The position numbers and the translations under genes were made by a program. The notes under the pieces are model-generated. The model was not told the origin of the DNA. It saw only the letters and a list, made by a program, of their open reading frames with translations, and searched no databases. A DNA stretch of 38,690 bases from a virus (lineage: Duplodnaviria; Caudoviricetes), in the IMG/VR virus record IMGVR_UViG_3300030330_005710, positions 1 through 38,690 of that record. One strand, given 5' to 3'. Of this stretch, positions 28,570 through 37,902 are shown one piece after another. Each line of letters starts with the position of its first letter. Positions within the stretch are counted from its first letter, which is position 1.

Positions 28570-28685
28570 AATAAAGTCCTCTTTATAGCGGGCGCTACCC
28601 GCACGATACTACTACCCCTGCAACACCTTGCGACTGGTCTTAGTCTCCACTTTTGCGTCCACATTCCTTTGAGTTCGGTATTCAT
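28566..28685 (-). CDS. Candidate 39-aa basic Cys-Cys peptide (not in ORF track)
   Basis: MNTELKGMWTQKWRLRPVARCCRGSSIVRVAPAIKRTLF*; its TGA overlaps the TTG start of the next gene. Confidence 0.4.
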   Translation of the reverse strand: MNTELKGMWTQKWRLRPVARCCRGSSIVRVAPAIKRTLF

Positions 28686-28956
28686 GCTGAAATCCTCCGT
28701 CTGATATAAGCATACATAACGCATACGAAGTTCCCGAAGATAAACAACCTAATAAAAAGGCATTTATTAAAGAAACATCAAAGGTAAATAGTTCTGTAAA
28801 TTGGTTTAAGAAGACGAGAAATACCCCAACCCAAAAGCCCACACACATCGGACAATGAAAAAAATGGTGAGCGGGTCTAACACTAGCAAACAAAGTAGAG
28901 TAAACTAATATCTGAGTCATCCCGTAGGAACATAAAATGAAAATAAAAAGATCCAA
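28612..28956 (-). CDS. Small membrane protein with CPMCxGFW motif (DUF1360-like)
   Basis: Three hydrophobic segments; HHFFHCPMCVGFWVG. Confidence 0.65.
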   Translation of the reverse strand: MDLFIFILCSYGMTQILVYSTLFASVRPAHHFFHCPMCVGFWVGVFLVFLNQFTELFTFDVSLINAFLLGCLSSGTSYALCMLISDGGFQHEYRTQRNVDAKVETKTSRKVLQG

Positions 28957-28967
28957 TTTACTCTTTC

Positions 28968-29522
28968 TTAGTATCTGTATCCATAGCCATAATAAGAATA
29001 TACAGGAGTTGAAGAGCCCTCTGGAGTATCCTCATAAGGCGGAACTTCGCCATATTCTGTAGTTTTTTCTGGGTCCGGATTAACAAAATTGTCCTCAACA
29101 TTTTCATCGTAGTTGTCGTAAACAATCTCTTTATCTGCTGTTTCTTGAATATATTTTTCTATCTGGTATAAAACTGATTGTAGCGTATCTACATCCGATT
29201 TAGACGGGTATTTTGTCTCTACCACGCCAAAAAAATCTCCGCCTTGAGGAGTGATTCCCTCAGTAACACCTCCTTTAAACATAGCATACATAAAATCTTT
29301 TTGTGTCTGAAAAGTATCCACTTCAGCATAAGGTTTTGGCATGGTGACTATTTTATTCTCAGACGGAACGATCACGATATCCATATGTTTATGGTCATTT
29401 ATTAATAAGTTTCCGTTTAAAGTTTTTTTTATCTTAAGGGAGATAGTAGCCTGTGTCGGGCGCTCTTCCTCCTTTACTGTGTTACCTATCTTTATTTTAA
29501 TCGGCATCTTTATCGTACTCAC
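28968..29522 (-). CDS. Hypothetical protein
   Basis: 184 aa with Tyr-rich C-terminus; true start may be a slightly downstream ATG. Confidence 0.7.
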   Translation of the reverse strand: MSTIKMPIKIKIGNTVKEEERPTQATISLKIKKTLNGNLLINDHKHMDIVIVPSENKIVTMPKPYAEVDTFQTQKDFMYAMFKGGVTEGITPQGGDFFGVVETKYPSKSDVDTLQSVLYQIEKYIQETADKEIVYDNYDENVEDNFVNPDPEKTTEYGEVPPYEDTPEGSSTPVYSYYGYGYRY

Positions 29523-30321
29523 TCACTAATTTTTGAAGCTTCAAAACTTTAATTAAATCCTTTTTGTCAAAACTTGAAACATTAAATCCTTCTACCAATT
29601 CAAGTATTTTTTTGGTATTTGTTATCATCTGCTCATCTGATTTAACCTCATCTAAAGATAATGATTCTTCAATTTTATTTTTTATGGTTTTTAACTGCTC
29701 AGACAAGCAAACTTTAAAATCAACGCCATTATCTAAAAAGGAAACAATGTAAGCCTCTAGTAGTGATTTTTGTGTATTAAGTAGGTTATCGTATTTTTCG
29801 TTAAAATTCTTTACAAAAGTTTTTATTACAAGAGAGTCAACATGCTTTAATTGTTTCTCCTCTTTGCTATCTTTTGATAAATTATTAATAATTCCTGACT
29901 CAAGCAGTACACGATTTTTAACTGGGGTTTTATCTGAAAAGATTTGGGATATTGTAGCATATGTTTTGTAGTTAGGAACAAAGTTACTATAAACCTCAGT
30001 GCCTAAATTAACATTTATATTTTTTATCAATTTTGACTGCTCTAAAAATATCTTCTCACAATCTAGACTCTGATATGCTTTTTTGGTTTCAAACACTAAT
30101 TTTTCTGCCGTGTATTTATCTAACCCTATTTTTTCTTGCAATGCCTTATAGCAGTGTAGTTCTTTTGCCAGTACACTATCACTCCCAAATGAATCTTTAA
30201 ACATTTTCTTTATCTGAGATGATTTTTTTTCGTCTCTAGTTACAAAAGATTTTGTAAGCTCTCTCACTAGCACCTCAAACAAAAAAGCAGTATTTCTTTT
30301 TTTATTATGTTTCTTTTTCAT
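29497..30321 (-). CDS. Hypothetical protein downstream of portal (possible prohead core component)
   Basis: 274 aa, KHNKKRNTAFLFEVLVRE N-terminus; overlaps the portal stop. Confidence 0.7.
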   Translation of the reverse strand: MKKKHNKKRNTAFLFEVLVRELTKSFVTRDEKKSSQIKKMFKDSFGSDSVLAKELHCYKALQEKIGLDKYTAEKLVFETKKAYQSLDCEKIFLEQSKLIKNINVNLGTEVYSNFVPNYKTYATISQIFSDKTPVKNRVLLESGIINNLSKDSKEEKQLKHVDSLVIKTFVKNFNEKYDNLLNTQKSLLEAYIVSFLDNGVDFKVCLSEQLKTIKNKIEESLSLDEVKSDEQMITNTKKILELVEGFNVSSFDKKDLIKVLKLQKLVSEYDKDAD

Positions 30322-32191
30322 TTTTTTGCTCCAACTGCTCTATTAGTTTTTTAACTTGATGCTTAGTCTCGTTAAGTATTTTTTCCTCGTTGTCTAGACT
30401 TTCGCCAACAATACCCCTCGACAATGGACCCATTTCACCACTCCACCCTTTAAATAGGTTTCTACGTGACGAGGAGGCAAGATTGTTTCCAGCAGACGAC
30501 AAATAACTTCTTTTTCTTGCGCCCTGTTTCCACTTAGTAGAGGTAACAGGAACATATCCATCACCTCGCTGTGCTGGTTCATCACCCGGTTCGGCTAGAA
30601 GTGGTCCTTCATCAGCTTCGTCTCCAGTGTCTCCTAAAAGATCGTCGGCTGCGTCATCACCGCCAGCGTCATCTCCACCAAGTAAATCAGCGGCATCTCC
30701 ACCGCCACCAGCGTCAGGCGGTTCGCCAGACTTTTCTAACATAGCGGACATTTTTGCGTCAGAAAATTGCTCGATTTGTATTCTCTGAACCTCTTCCTCT
30801 GATAATTTGAATATATTTTTATAAAGCCATCTTTTAGAGAAGTAACCATCAGTTGCAGCACCAGCAATATCAAATTTAGTTCTTAGATGTTCTAACTCTT
30901 GAAGCTCTGCTAACTTTGAGGGATTATTAAGCGACAACTTAAACGAAAGAAGATCGCTATCTCTAAATCCAAGCGTAAATAAGTGAACTATACACAACTT
31001 TTCTAATTCCGCTATAACCACACGCTGAAGCCTCTGAATGGTTCTAGCAAATCTAATATCTTTTTGCGCTAAAGTTGTCTTATCTTCCATGGAGTCCGAT
31101 TGAGCCAAGTATGCTTTTGGAACTTTTAAGGCAGAAAAAAGTTTATCTCTTAAATACTGAACATCATCTATGTCTCCCGTAAATTGACCGCCGGCAATAG
31201 TTTCAATCCTTGTACTGTTTTTATCTCCTCTAACCGGTATGTAATAATCCTCGTCAATGCTCATAGCATTGTAGCGCAAATCCACCCTTCCCGAATCTTC
31301 CTCTACTATTTGATTTCTCTTCATTTGAGTTTTTACTCTCTCAATATATTGCTCTACATCCTCGGCTGCAATGTTCCCAACATCTATATAAAAAACTCTT
31401 CTTTCTGGGGATCTAACTATTCTATAAGCCATCATGGCGTCTTCTAACAAAGAAAGCTGTCTCCAAATTCGACGGGATGGTTCTAAAACAGATGTTCCGT
31501 ATGGGACATACTTGTCGTTACCAAGAACACGAAAATGTGATATTTGCCAGTTTTCAAAAGTAACTCCTTTTCCAGCGTCAGCATTTTCCCAAAAATATTG
31601 TATGTAATTAGGGTTGGTTGGGTCTGTCCCTTCAATTCTCTCAACTTGTCTAACGGGCAAAGGAATAACATTTGTGATACCCAAAGTATCATCAATATCG
31701 ATATACAAATAGTAATCCCCATATTTACACATGCTTCTAGCCCAACCAAAAAGATTAGACTCAATATTTAAAACACCATATAATAGTAAATTGACAATTT
31801 CTTTTATTTCTTGATTGTGGCACTCTACATTAACAAGGGAGGACAAGGCATTAGATGTTGTTATCTCATCAGCGTAGACATCCAAGGCTGAAGCAATCTC
31901 AGGCATATACTCCATTTGCTCGAAGTCTGTATATCTAACCTGTTTATTTCTTGCCTCTAATACTTTACTACCATAATCTGTAAATGGATTATAGTATTCT
32001 TTTTTCTTAAATTCTCTCCCTGTGTTAGTTTTAAATGTATATTTTTTTACATCTCTACTACCCCTAACACTATTTGGCATGGGACGATCATAGTTTACTA
32101 TTGGTCCACTGAAAAGTCTTGTCAATCTTTTAAACAAGGAAGACTGAACATTTCTTGGATTATTGCTATTGTTTGAATTATTATCGCTCAT
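30305..32191 (-). CDS. Portal protein, T4 gp20-like
   Basis: PEIASALDVYADE, YGTSVLE..RRIWRQL.LLEDAMMAYRIVRSPERRVFYIDVGN, EDYYIPVRG, IDDVQYLRDKLFSALKVP. Confidence 0.95.
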   Translation of the reverse strand: MSDNNSNNSNNPRNVQSSLFKRLTRLFSGPIVNYDRPMPNSVRGSRDVKKYTFKTNTGREFKKKEYYNPFTDYGSKVLEARNKQVRYTDFEQMEYMPEIASALDVYADEITTSNALSSLVNVECHNQEIKEIVNLLLYGVLNIESNLFGWARSMCKYGDYYLYIDIDDTLGITNVIPLPVRQVERIEGTDPTNPNYIQYFWENADAGKGVTFENWQISHFRVLGNDKYVPYGTSVLEPSRRIWRQLSLLEDAMMAYRIVRSPERRVFYIDVGNIAAEDVEQYIERVKTQMKRNQIVEEDSGRVDLRYNAMSIDEDYYIPVRGDKNSTRIETIAGGQFTGDIDDVQYLRDKLFSALKVPKAYLAQSDSMEDKTTLAQKDIRFARTIQRLQRVVIAELEKLCIVHLFTLGFRDSDLLSFKLSLNNPSKLAELQELEHLRTKFDIAGAATDGYFSKRWLYKNIFKLSEEEVQRIQIEQFSDAKMSAMLEKSGEPPDAGGGGDAADLLGGDDAGGDDAADDLLGDTGDEADEGPLLAEPGDEPAQRGDGYVPVTSTKWKQGARKRSYLSSAGNNLASSSRRNLFKGWSGEMGPLSRGIVGESLDNEEKILNETKHQVKKLIEQLEQKNEKET

Positions 32192-32194
32192 TTT

Positions 32195-33766
32195 TTATCC
32201 TTTTATTATCCAGCCAAAATCATGAGTTCTACCATCAGTGCCTTTAAAAGTTGTTCGTTGCTCTTTGTGTCCTGTTTGTCCATGAATTTTAGTATTTAAA
32301 GTGGTGCTAGAAAAAGAAATACCAGATAGCATTGCTTTTCTATATTCAACATCTCTTTTATTGACAACAAGCGCCGTATCTCGAACCCAACAACCTATCG
32401 AGGTTGCGATAACTAGATCATCATTATAACTTCTCATAGCTTGCGGTCTCCCATTGTGCCAAACAAAAGTTTTAATCTCATTTGCTAATCGCATTGATTT
32501 AATAGTAATTAGTTTATTCCTTACGAATTCTTCAAACTTAGCTATAACAAGTGGTCTAGTTTTCATAGACATTGTAAATCCAGCGATCCCACCAATAGAA
32601 TCAGCAGTTAGTTGATCAACATATTCGTGAGTAGATTTTACACTATAATATAAATTTTTATACTCTAAATCCCTTAATCTGCTTAATACTCCAATACCAA
32701 GAGAGTTATTCTCAATTACCAAAAGAGCATCATTGTATTCACTAGCTATTGAAAATAACAAAGGAGCAAACATGTCTGGTGTTATTTTTCCCTGGTATTC
32801 TGCAACTTGAGTCATTGTGTTAACATGGAAAACTTGCGCTACACTAAAGTCTGTGCCATCACCTCGGGCTACATCAGCAACCAATAAATAATCTTCATTT
32901 TCTGCTGGCTCATCCCAGATCCAGTAATTTCTATCAAATCCAGTGCGGCGTTTTGGCTCAACTAAGCCGTCAAGAACTAATTTTAAATCATCAGGATGAA
33001 CAACTGTTTCCCCAGACGCATTAAAATTACACTCCAATTCTTGAGCTATTTCTCTACGGGACATATTTCTAGTCTCTTTTTTAAACCACTGCTCATCTCT
33101 TTCAGGGTGAACATCCCAAGGAAGTTTTATAGTATGAAAATCATTTTTGCTTTCTTCTGCTTCCGTATATGTTTTGTGAAACCAATTACCAACACCATTT
33201 GGTGTTGACAAGGCCACACACCTACCACCGGTTGAAAGAGTAGGATATAAGCCAGCCCACAATTCTTCCATTCCTTCAACAAAAGCAGCTTCATCAACAA
33301 CCAATAAAGATAAGGCTTCCGATCTACCTGCATCTCCAGATGTCGAGGAAGCTTTTACCTGAGACCCATTACTTAATTCGAAAGAGGTCCGATTGTCAAT
33401 ACTTATTGAGGCAATTTTTAACCACTGGGGTAAATGCTTGTGGATGGCTTTTATTTTTTTAACTAAGTTTGTTGCTGTTCCAAGCTTAGTAGCCACAACA
33501 AGAACATTTTTGTCACGATGAAACAACATCATCCAACAGACATAAGCAGCAACAGTTGTAGATATTCCTAACTGCCTGGCTTTTAAAATTACATTAAATC
33601 TGTTTTCTTTAAAATCTAATAGAGCTTGCTTTTGAAAATCATAAAGTTCAAAATTTATTAGCCCCCTCAAAGGATGAGATATTTTTGCATAACTAGTGCA
33701 AAAATAGGAGGGATCTTTACCACAACGGATAATTTCCGCCATTATCTCTCGTTTAGAGAGTGACAT
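32195..33766 (-). CDS. terL: Terminase large subunit, T4 gp17-like
   Basis: KARQLGIST (Walker A), LLVVDEAAF (Walker B), LSTPNG, nuclease ADVARGDGTDFS, IENN, NDDLVIA. Confidence 0.97.
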   Translation of the reverse strand: MSLSKREIMAEIIRCGKDPSYFCTSYAKISHPLRGLINFELYDFQKQALLDFKENRFNVILKARQLGISTTVAAYVCWMMLFHRDKNVLVVATKLGTATNLVKKIKAIHKHLPQWLKIASISIDNRTSFELSNGSQVKASSTSGDAGRSEALSLLVVDEAAFVEGMEELWAGLYPTLSTGGRCVALSTPNGVGNWFHKTYTEAEESKNDFHTIKLPWDVHPERDEQWFKKETRNMSRREIAQELECNFNASGETVVHPDDLKLVLDGLVEPKRRTGFDRNYWIWDEPAENEDYLLVADVARGDGTDFSVAQVFHVNTMTQVAEYQGKITPDMFAPLLFSIASEYNDALLVIENNSLGIGVLSRLRDLEYKNLYYSVKSTHEYVDQLTADSIGGIAGFTMSMKTRPLVIAKFEEFVRNKLITIKSMRLANEIKTFVWHNGRPQAMRSYNDDLVIATSIGCWVRDTALVVNKRDVEYRKAMLSGISFSSTTLNTKIHGQTGHKEQRTTFKGTDGRTHDFGWIIKG

Positions 33767-34330
33767 CTATGACTCTGGCGTATCTGGGTTTTTAGGAGCC
33801 TTATCATTAGAGGGTCTCTTATCCGAGGATAATTCTAAAAAGTCCTTAAACCTTTTTTCAAATGTTTTGTCTTTGTCACGATCTGAAGATCTTCTAACTG
33901 GTTCGACTTCATTTAGTCCCCCAATTTTATATTGCTTAACAGCTTGTACAAACGACTTAACCCTAGAAGTTGACTGCACTATCACATCAGCGTCCGAGAC
34001 CTCTGTAAGTGTGACAGAGCCTTTGGTAACTTTTTTATATTCTTTTTTTAAAAATTTTATGATGTCACCAAACTTTTTCTCTATCTCATTCTCAAATTGA
34101 TTTCGTGGATGAACTTCTTTTAGATTTACTTCGCTATGATATGTTACAACTAACTTATCTGCGGCAAACTTTACGCCAAACCCATCAATAACACGCTTAT
34201 CAATTATTGGGTGTCCCTCTTCTCTACGGAGGCCAACCTGCAATGAATCACCATTTTCGTCTAAAGCACCATCATAAGCGTTTGACGCTGCTTGACTTAA
34301 ACCTCTAATTATTTCCAGCACTGTTGCCAT
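33767..34330 (-). CDS. Hypothetical protein immediately upstream of terL
   Basis: 187-aa ORF abutting terL. Confidence 0.75.
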   Translation of the reverse strand: MATVLEIIRGLSQAASNAYDGALDENGDSLQVGLRREEGHPIIDKRVIDGFGVKFAADKLVVTYHSEVNLKEVHPRNQFENEIEKKFGDIIKFLKKEYKKVTKGSVTLTEVSDADVIVQSTSRVKSFVQAVKQYKIGGLNEVEPVRRSSDRDKDKTFEKRFKDFLELSSDKRPSNDKAPKNPDTPES

Positions 34331-34709
34331 TTTTTCTTCTCCTATAAGCGTAAGCTAAATGTTCTGAGTCAGGTCTCCACCCATTTGCCCAACGATCTTC
34401 CTCATGGGCTACAAAATCCACATAACATTCGTAACAACATTTAAATCTATTCATATATAGGTCGTCTTTGTTAGAAAATGAATATGTTTTACAAACGGGA
34501 CATGTTCTGTTATTTTTTGAGCCTGAAAAGGCTATTTGTAACTCAAGGTTATTTTTATTTTTTATGTCATTTCTTTGTTTGAGATCCTGTAAATATTCTC
34601 TTTCTTTATCTGGACTCCATGTAGATCTAAAATCTTGAACTGCATCTTTGCCATATTTTTCTACGATGGCTTTTTCTACGGCTGCAATATAATCATAGTC
34701 TTTTTTCAT
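34305..34709 (-). CDS. Hypothetical protein with putative zinc finger
   Basis: CPVC...CCYEC. Confidence 0.7.
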   Translation of the reverse strand: MKKDYDYIAAVEKAIVEKYGKDAVQDFRSTWSPDKEREYLQDLKQRNDIKNKNNLELQIAFSGSKNNRTCPVCKTYSFSNKDDLYMNRFKCCYECYVDFVAHEEDRWANGWRPDSEHLAYAYRRRKNGNSAGNN

Positions 34710-35086
34710 CTTTGGTACACTGCGTGAACAATACCAATAGAAACTCCAGTTCCAATCACCAAACCCGTGAGAAGACCAAGGGTTCCCCGATTTTTGTCAA
34801 ACCATGAGTTGTTTTTCTTGAGTTGATCCTCTAGTTTTTTGATAGAAGATTGATATATTTTCTCAGCTTTACCGCAGACTTGTTTGTCTACTGAACATTC
34901 AGACAGTTTGGCATTGGTGTCAATTTTCTTTTCCAGTATTTTGCGAAAGTCTTCTTCGCTTAACAGAATTCCAACATAGGTATCGCCCTCTTGCTCAACA
35001 GCCGCTGGGCGAGGCTCGAACTTCGTGACCTCTGCCGCAGCGGCGTTAAGCGAAAATAGCAGTATGAGTGCAACTATTTTTTTCAT
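34706..35086 (-). CDS. Envelope protein: signal peptide, coiled coil, C-terminal TM (spanin-like candidate)
   Basis: MKKIVALILLFSLNAAAA signal; C-terminal GTLGLLTGLVIGTGVSIGIVHAVY; start placed at 35086. Confidence 0.6.
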   Translation of the reverse strand: MKKIVALILLFSLNAAAAEVTKFEPRPAAVEQEGDTYVGILLSEEDFRKILEKKIDTNAKLSECSVDKQVCGKAEKIYQSSIKKLEDQLKKNNSWFDKNRGTLGLLTGLVIGTGVSIGIVHAVYQR

Positions 35087-35087
35087 A

Positions 35088-36221
35088 TCACTTAAGAAAC
35101 TTTTTAAGACCCTCGATACGCTTGGCTGGTCTCTTAAGTCCACTCACTAAGGTATAAGTTACAAGTTTATCCTTTTTGTCGTCCTCATAAATACCACGAT
35201 GAACCATAGCCCCGCCAGTCAAAGCAGCCAAAGTATCGAAACCAAATTCAATATTGTCCATCAAGCCAACAGTCTCTTCAAAGATCTCTTCGCTACCGAC
35301 AACAATACAAGCAGCGCCCGTAGCAGTTGTCAAGTCAAAACCTTCGGCAAGAAGTGTTTTCTCTAGGTTCTTCTTAAGGGCACTTGAGACAGCGGTTTCG
35401 TTCTCAAGATTCTTAACACTTGTTACACCCATAATCATACAGCCTGGTTGCTTCATAATACTGTCGTAGTCTGTAGCATCAAAGGTTGTGTACTCTGAGT
35501 CTTGGTTTGCTAGGACGTTGAAGACGTGGAACAAGCCAGCTACTGTATTGTTGATTGTTGTCCAGAACTTCTTGACCGTAAGCTTCGGGTAAAGCTTTTT
35601 AATCTTCTCATTGTCCACCATGATGAGCGGAGCGATCTTACCTTTTTCTGCGAGCCCGCAAAGTTGATTGATGCGTGCATGGGCGTTCTTGGCTACGGTT
35701 GGAGAAGCCGACTCGCCAGCAGTTGGAAGAGAAGCAATAACACCTACACGCTCATCAACATTTTCAACGCCAATGTAGGTAAAGTATTTCTTCGCTACTT
35801 TAATAAGTGTGTTGACTGTCCCACCACCAGAGCCACCAGACACCCCAAGACAGATCAAAATACGATCAACATTATTTCCAAATACTTCTCGAAACTTATT
35901 AAATACTTCTTGTTCTTTTCGCTCAATGGCTGCTTCGGCTTTGGCTTGGTCTTTTCCTGCTCCTTGCTCGCCGTGCTCATCAACCAAAAACTTTTGCTCG
36001 TCTGGAATATCGAGACCATTTAGGTCAGAGCGAGCCGTATTAACTGCTAGCATTTTTGTATAACCCATGTCATAGAATGCTTTAGCAATGCGACCACCAC
36101 CCTGTCCGGCACCGACGATAGCATAAGTTAGAGCACCACCAGACTGATCTTCAACAGTCTCTTGCTCCTCGTTTAATTCGGGATCGTAATCCTCAATATC
36201 AAGTGTAGGAATGTCTACCAT
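35088..36221 (-). CDS. Tubulin/FtsZ-superfamily GTPase (PhuZ/TubZ/CetZ-like)
   Basis: IVGAGQGGGRIA (T1), AVNTA, GAGKD (T3), GVSGGSGGG (T4 signature), LPT..E, VDNEK, TFDATD (T7); AAGGAGATATA RBS. Confidence 0.9.
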   Translation of the reverse strand: MVDIPTLDIEDYDPELNEEQETVEDQSGGALTYAIVGAGQGGGRIAKAFYDMGYTKMLAVNTARSDLNGLDIPDEQKFLVDEHGEQGAGKDQAKAEAAIERKEQEVFNKFREVFGNNVDRILICLGVSGGSGGGTVNTLIKVAKKYFTYIGVENVDERVGVIASLPTAGESASPTVAKNAHARINQLCGLAEKGKIAPLIMVDNEKIKKLYPKLTVKKFWTTINNTVAGLFHVFNVLANQDSEYTTFDATDYDSIMKQPGCMIMGVTSVKNLENETAVSSALKKNLEKTLLAEGFDLTTATGAACIVVGSEEIFEETVGLMDNIEFGFDTLAALTGGAMVHRGIYEDDKKDKLVTYTLVSGLKRPAKRIEGLKKFLK

Positions 36222-36232
36222 TTTATATCTCC

Positions 36233-36547
36233 TTAGATGTCTAATTCCTTATGAAGTCTAATCAGTGCCTTAAGTCGTTCTTCTCTGTCATCTATTTTTT
36301 CAGTATCTTTTAGACGATTTTCAAAGACGCTTTTGACTGCTCCAATCTTATCTTTTTCTAGTCTACCACGCAACTCTGATTCTTTTAAGGCTACTGTTGC
36401 TTCTGTTTTTATAGCTTCCAAATATTGTATTTTATCTTCCGCTGGTTTCAACAAGCGGTAAAAATAAATGAGTAGGCTTGCCACGACAACAAACCCCAGT
36501 ACAAACTTCCACCAGCCTGACTTCAGCTTGTACCATAGCCATTTCAT
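36233..36547 (-). CDS. N-terminally anchored coiled-coil membrane protein (i-spanin-like candidate)
   Basis: MKWLWYKLKSGWWKFVLGFVVVASLLIYFY then charged helical region; ATGA overlap with holin-like gene. Confidence 0.6.
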   Translation of the reverse strand: MKWLWYKLKSGWWKFVLGFVVVASLLIYFYRLLKPAEDKIQYLEAIKTEATVALKESELRGRLEKDKIGAVKSVFENRLKDTEKIDDREERLKALIRLHKELDI

Positions 36548-36729
36548 TTTCCGTGTTTCCACCTGGCAGCGATATCGGCTGCTCCCTGTAATCCGATGTA
36601 TGCTAGAGAAACAGCAACCCAATCGCTACTAGTTACATGTCCTAGCGCCAAAAAAGCTGTGGATGTTCCCCATACAATTAGTTTTCTTGAAGCCCATTTA
36701 CCGAGCCATTTATCTAGTTTTTCGTGCAT
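36544..36729 (-). CDS. Holin-like small membrane protein (2 TM)
   Basis: 61 aa from ATG 36729 with GGAGG RBS; SRKLIVW...AFLALG and WVAVSLAYIGLQGAAD. Confidence 0.6.
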   Translation of the reverse strand: MHEKLDKWLGKWASRKLIVWGTSTAFLALGHVTSSDWVAVSLAYIGLQGAADIAARWKHGK

Positions 36730-36754
36730 TGTTTTGCTGCCTCCTTTGTAGATG

Positions 36755-36762
36755 TAATTAGT
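36755..36762 (-). promoter_or_regulatory. ACTAATTA variant motif at start of the late gene block
   Basis: One mismatch to ACTATTTA, in the short gap 25 nt upstream of the holin-like ATG. Confidence 0.45.
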
Positions 36763-36766
36763 GTGT

Positions 36767-36946
36767 TCAGGTTCTTTTAGCCCGTTTATGTATTTGTGCA
36801 AGAGCAGCAGCTATTCTAATCTCTTTCCCGTCGTAAATAATAGTTGCTATTTTTTCCCAGGTGTGATATTCTTTAAGTAGTCCCACCTTCCATCCTTCGT
36901 GGTCAGACCAAGTATACTTAAATCTAACAAGGTCGCCGGCTTTCAT
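36767..36946 (-). CDS. Small hypothetical protein, SH3/KOW-like start (not in ORF track)
   Basis: MKAGDLVRFKYTWSDHEGWKVGLLKEYHTWEKIATIIYDGKEIRIAAALAQIHKRAKRT* (59 aa); fills the gap. Confidence 0.7.
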   Translation of the reverse strand: MKAGDLVRFKYTWSDHEGWKVGLLKEYHTWEKIATIIYDGKEIRIAAALAQIHKRAKRT

Positions 36947-37391
36947 ACTTCTTTATTCTTTCCAAAAATTTCTGTCGGTTGCTTTCTGTTCTCATTGAAT
37001 TGATCTCTGTAGTTGGGCAATCAAAAACCTGATGCATGGGGGCTTTAATTGTGGACCCTAAGTCCTTAACTCCTGCTGATATGCCACAAGTTGGCGATCT
37101 AGCTATACCAATAAACCCCACCACATCCTCAAAGCGACCATATATATCTTTGCTTTTATTTTTTAATAAAGAGTAAACCTCAGTTTTACCAGCAAATGCT
37201 TTTATCTCTCCACCAACTGCTCTTAACCTAATCGGCGTTCGGGGTGTTCCAAACAGTTCGTTCTCTGGACACACTGGAATTAGTTCAAAGTTGTTGTCTA
37301 ACGCCCACTGTTTAATCTCGCTATCATACCTATTATCCCCATTCCATCTTACACTTTTTCCGTAAACACAAGCACTAATTAGTATTTTCAT
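36924..37391 (-). CDS. DUF523 / thiouracil desulfidase (TudS)-like protein
   Basis: ILISAC.YG..VRWNG, IPVCPE...GTPRTPIRL, RSPTCG: the three-Cys pattern of DUF523. Confidence 0.85.
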   Translation of the reverse strand: MKILISACVYGKSVRWNGDNRYDSEIKQWALDNNFELIPVCPENELFGTPRTPIRLRAVGGEIKAFAGKTEVYSLLKNKSKDIYGRFEDVVGFIGIARSPTCGISAGVKDLGSTIKAPMHQVFDCPTTEINSMRTESNRQKFLERIKKYESRRPC

Positions 37392-37902
37392 TTTTGTTCA
37401 ACTTTTTTGTTATTCTTAAATAATCAGTGTAATGTTTTGGCATTTTACTATAATATTTTGTCTTTATTAGTGAGTTATGAGCGGTTGACAAATGTTTACG
37501 ATATGCCATATTGATCAAAAAATATGGTGCTCTTGATCTAGGATTGTAAGACTCTATTTCAAGATTATCATTCGGATTAAAACATAAGGCAGCAATATTA
37601 GAGTTGCCAGACTCCTCTAAAACACAGTTAATAAAATCCTGATAGTGTTCTGTTTCGTGACTGCCTATGTCCTCATTTATTTGAGCAACAAGAGCACTTC
37701 TCTTTCCAGACTGCTTGAAACGCTTAAATATATCTAACAAGGTGTCTGTTTTATTATCAAATATATCCAAATGTAATTCATCTGCTACTCTATCAGACTT
37801 TACAAAAGGACAAACAGAAAATCCAGAAAACTCTGGGCGGCGCTCTTCCAATACAGTCGTAATATAATCAACCATATCTTCTATTATTTTATCCTTGTTC
37901 AA
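37375..37902 (-). CDS. DUF1415-like hypothetical protein
   Basis: VCPFVK, LCFNP, RAPYFLIN resemble DUF1415 CPFA/FHP/RSPYP motifs. Confidence 0.5.
   Translation of the reverse strand: MNKDKIIEDMVDYITTVLEERRPEFSGFSVCPFVKSDRVADELHLDIFDNKTDTLLDIFKRFKQSGKRSALVAQINEDIGSHETEHYQDFINCVLEESGNSNIAALCFNPNDNLEIESYNPRSRAPYFLINMAYRKHLSTAHNSLIKTKYYSKMPKHYTDYLRITKKLNKNENTN

Noticed and set aside
28785-28792. ACTATTTA copy inside the membrane-protein gene
   Set aside because: Intragenic and plausible by chance in AT-rich DNA; not counted, though it could serve downstream genes.
30590-30730. Gly/Asp-rich quasi-repeat (DAADLLG / AADDLLG) in the portal C-terminus
   Set aside because: Looks like an ordinary low-complexity acidic tail.
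1141-36063. Plus-strand and nested alternative-frame ORFs in the track
   Set aside because: They lie within well-supported minus-strand genes and have no recognisable motifs; treated as shadow ORFs.
35088-36221. Calling the GTPase host ftsZ or evidence of a phage nucleus
   Set aside because: No FtsZ C-terminal peptide or division-cluster context, and no shell protein recognised in this window.
34706-36801. Longer starts given by the ORF track (35143, 36622, 36801)
   Set aside because: They overlap upstream genes; downstream ATGs give better RBS or coupling and put the signal/TM segments at the N-terminus.
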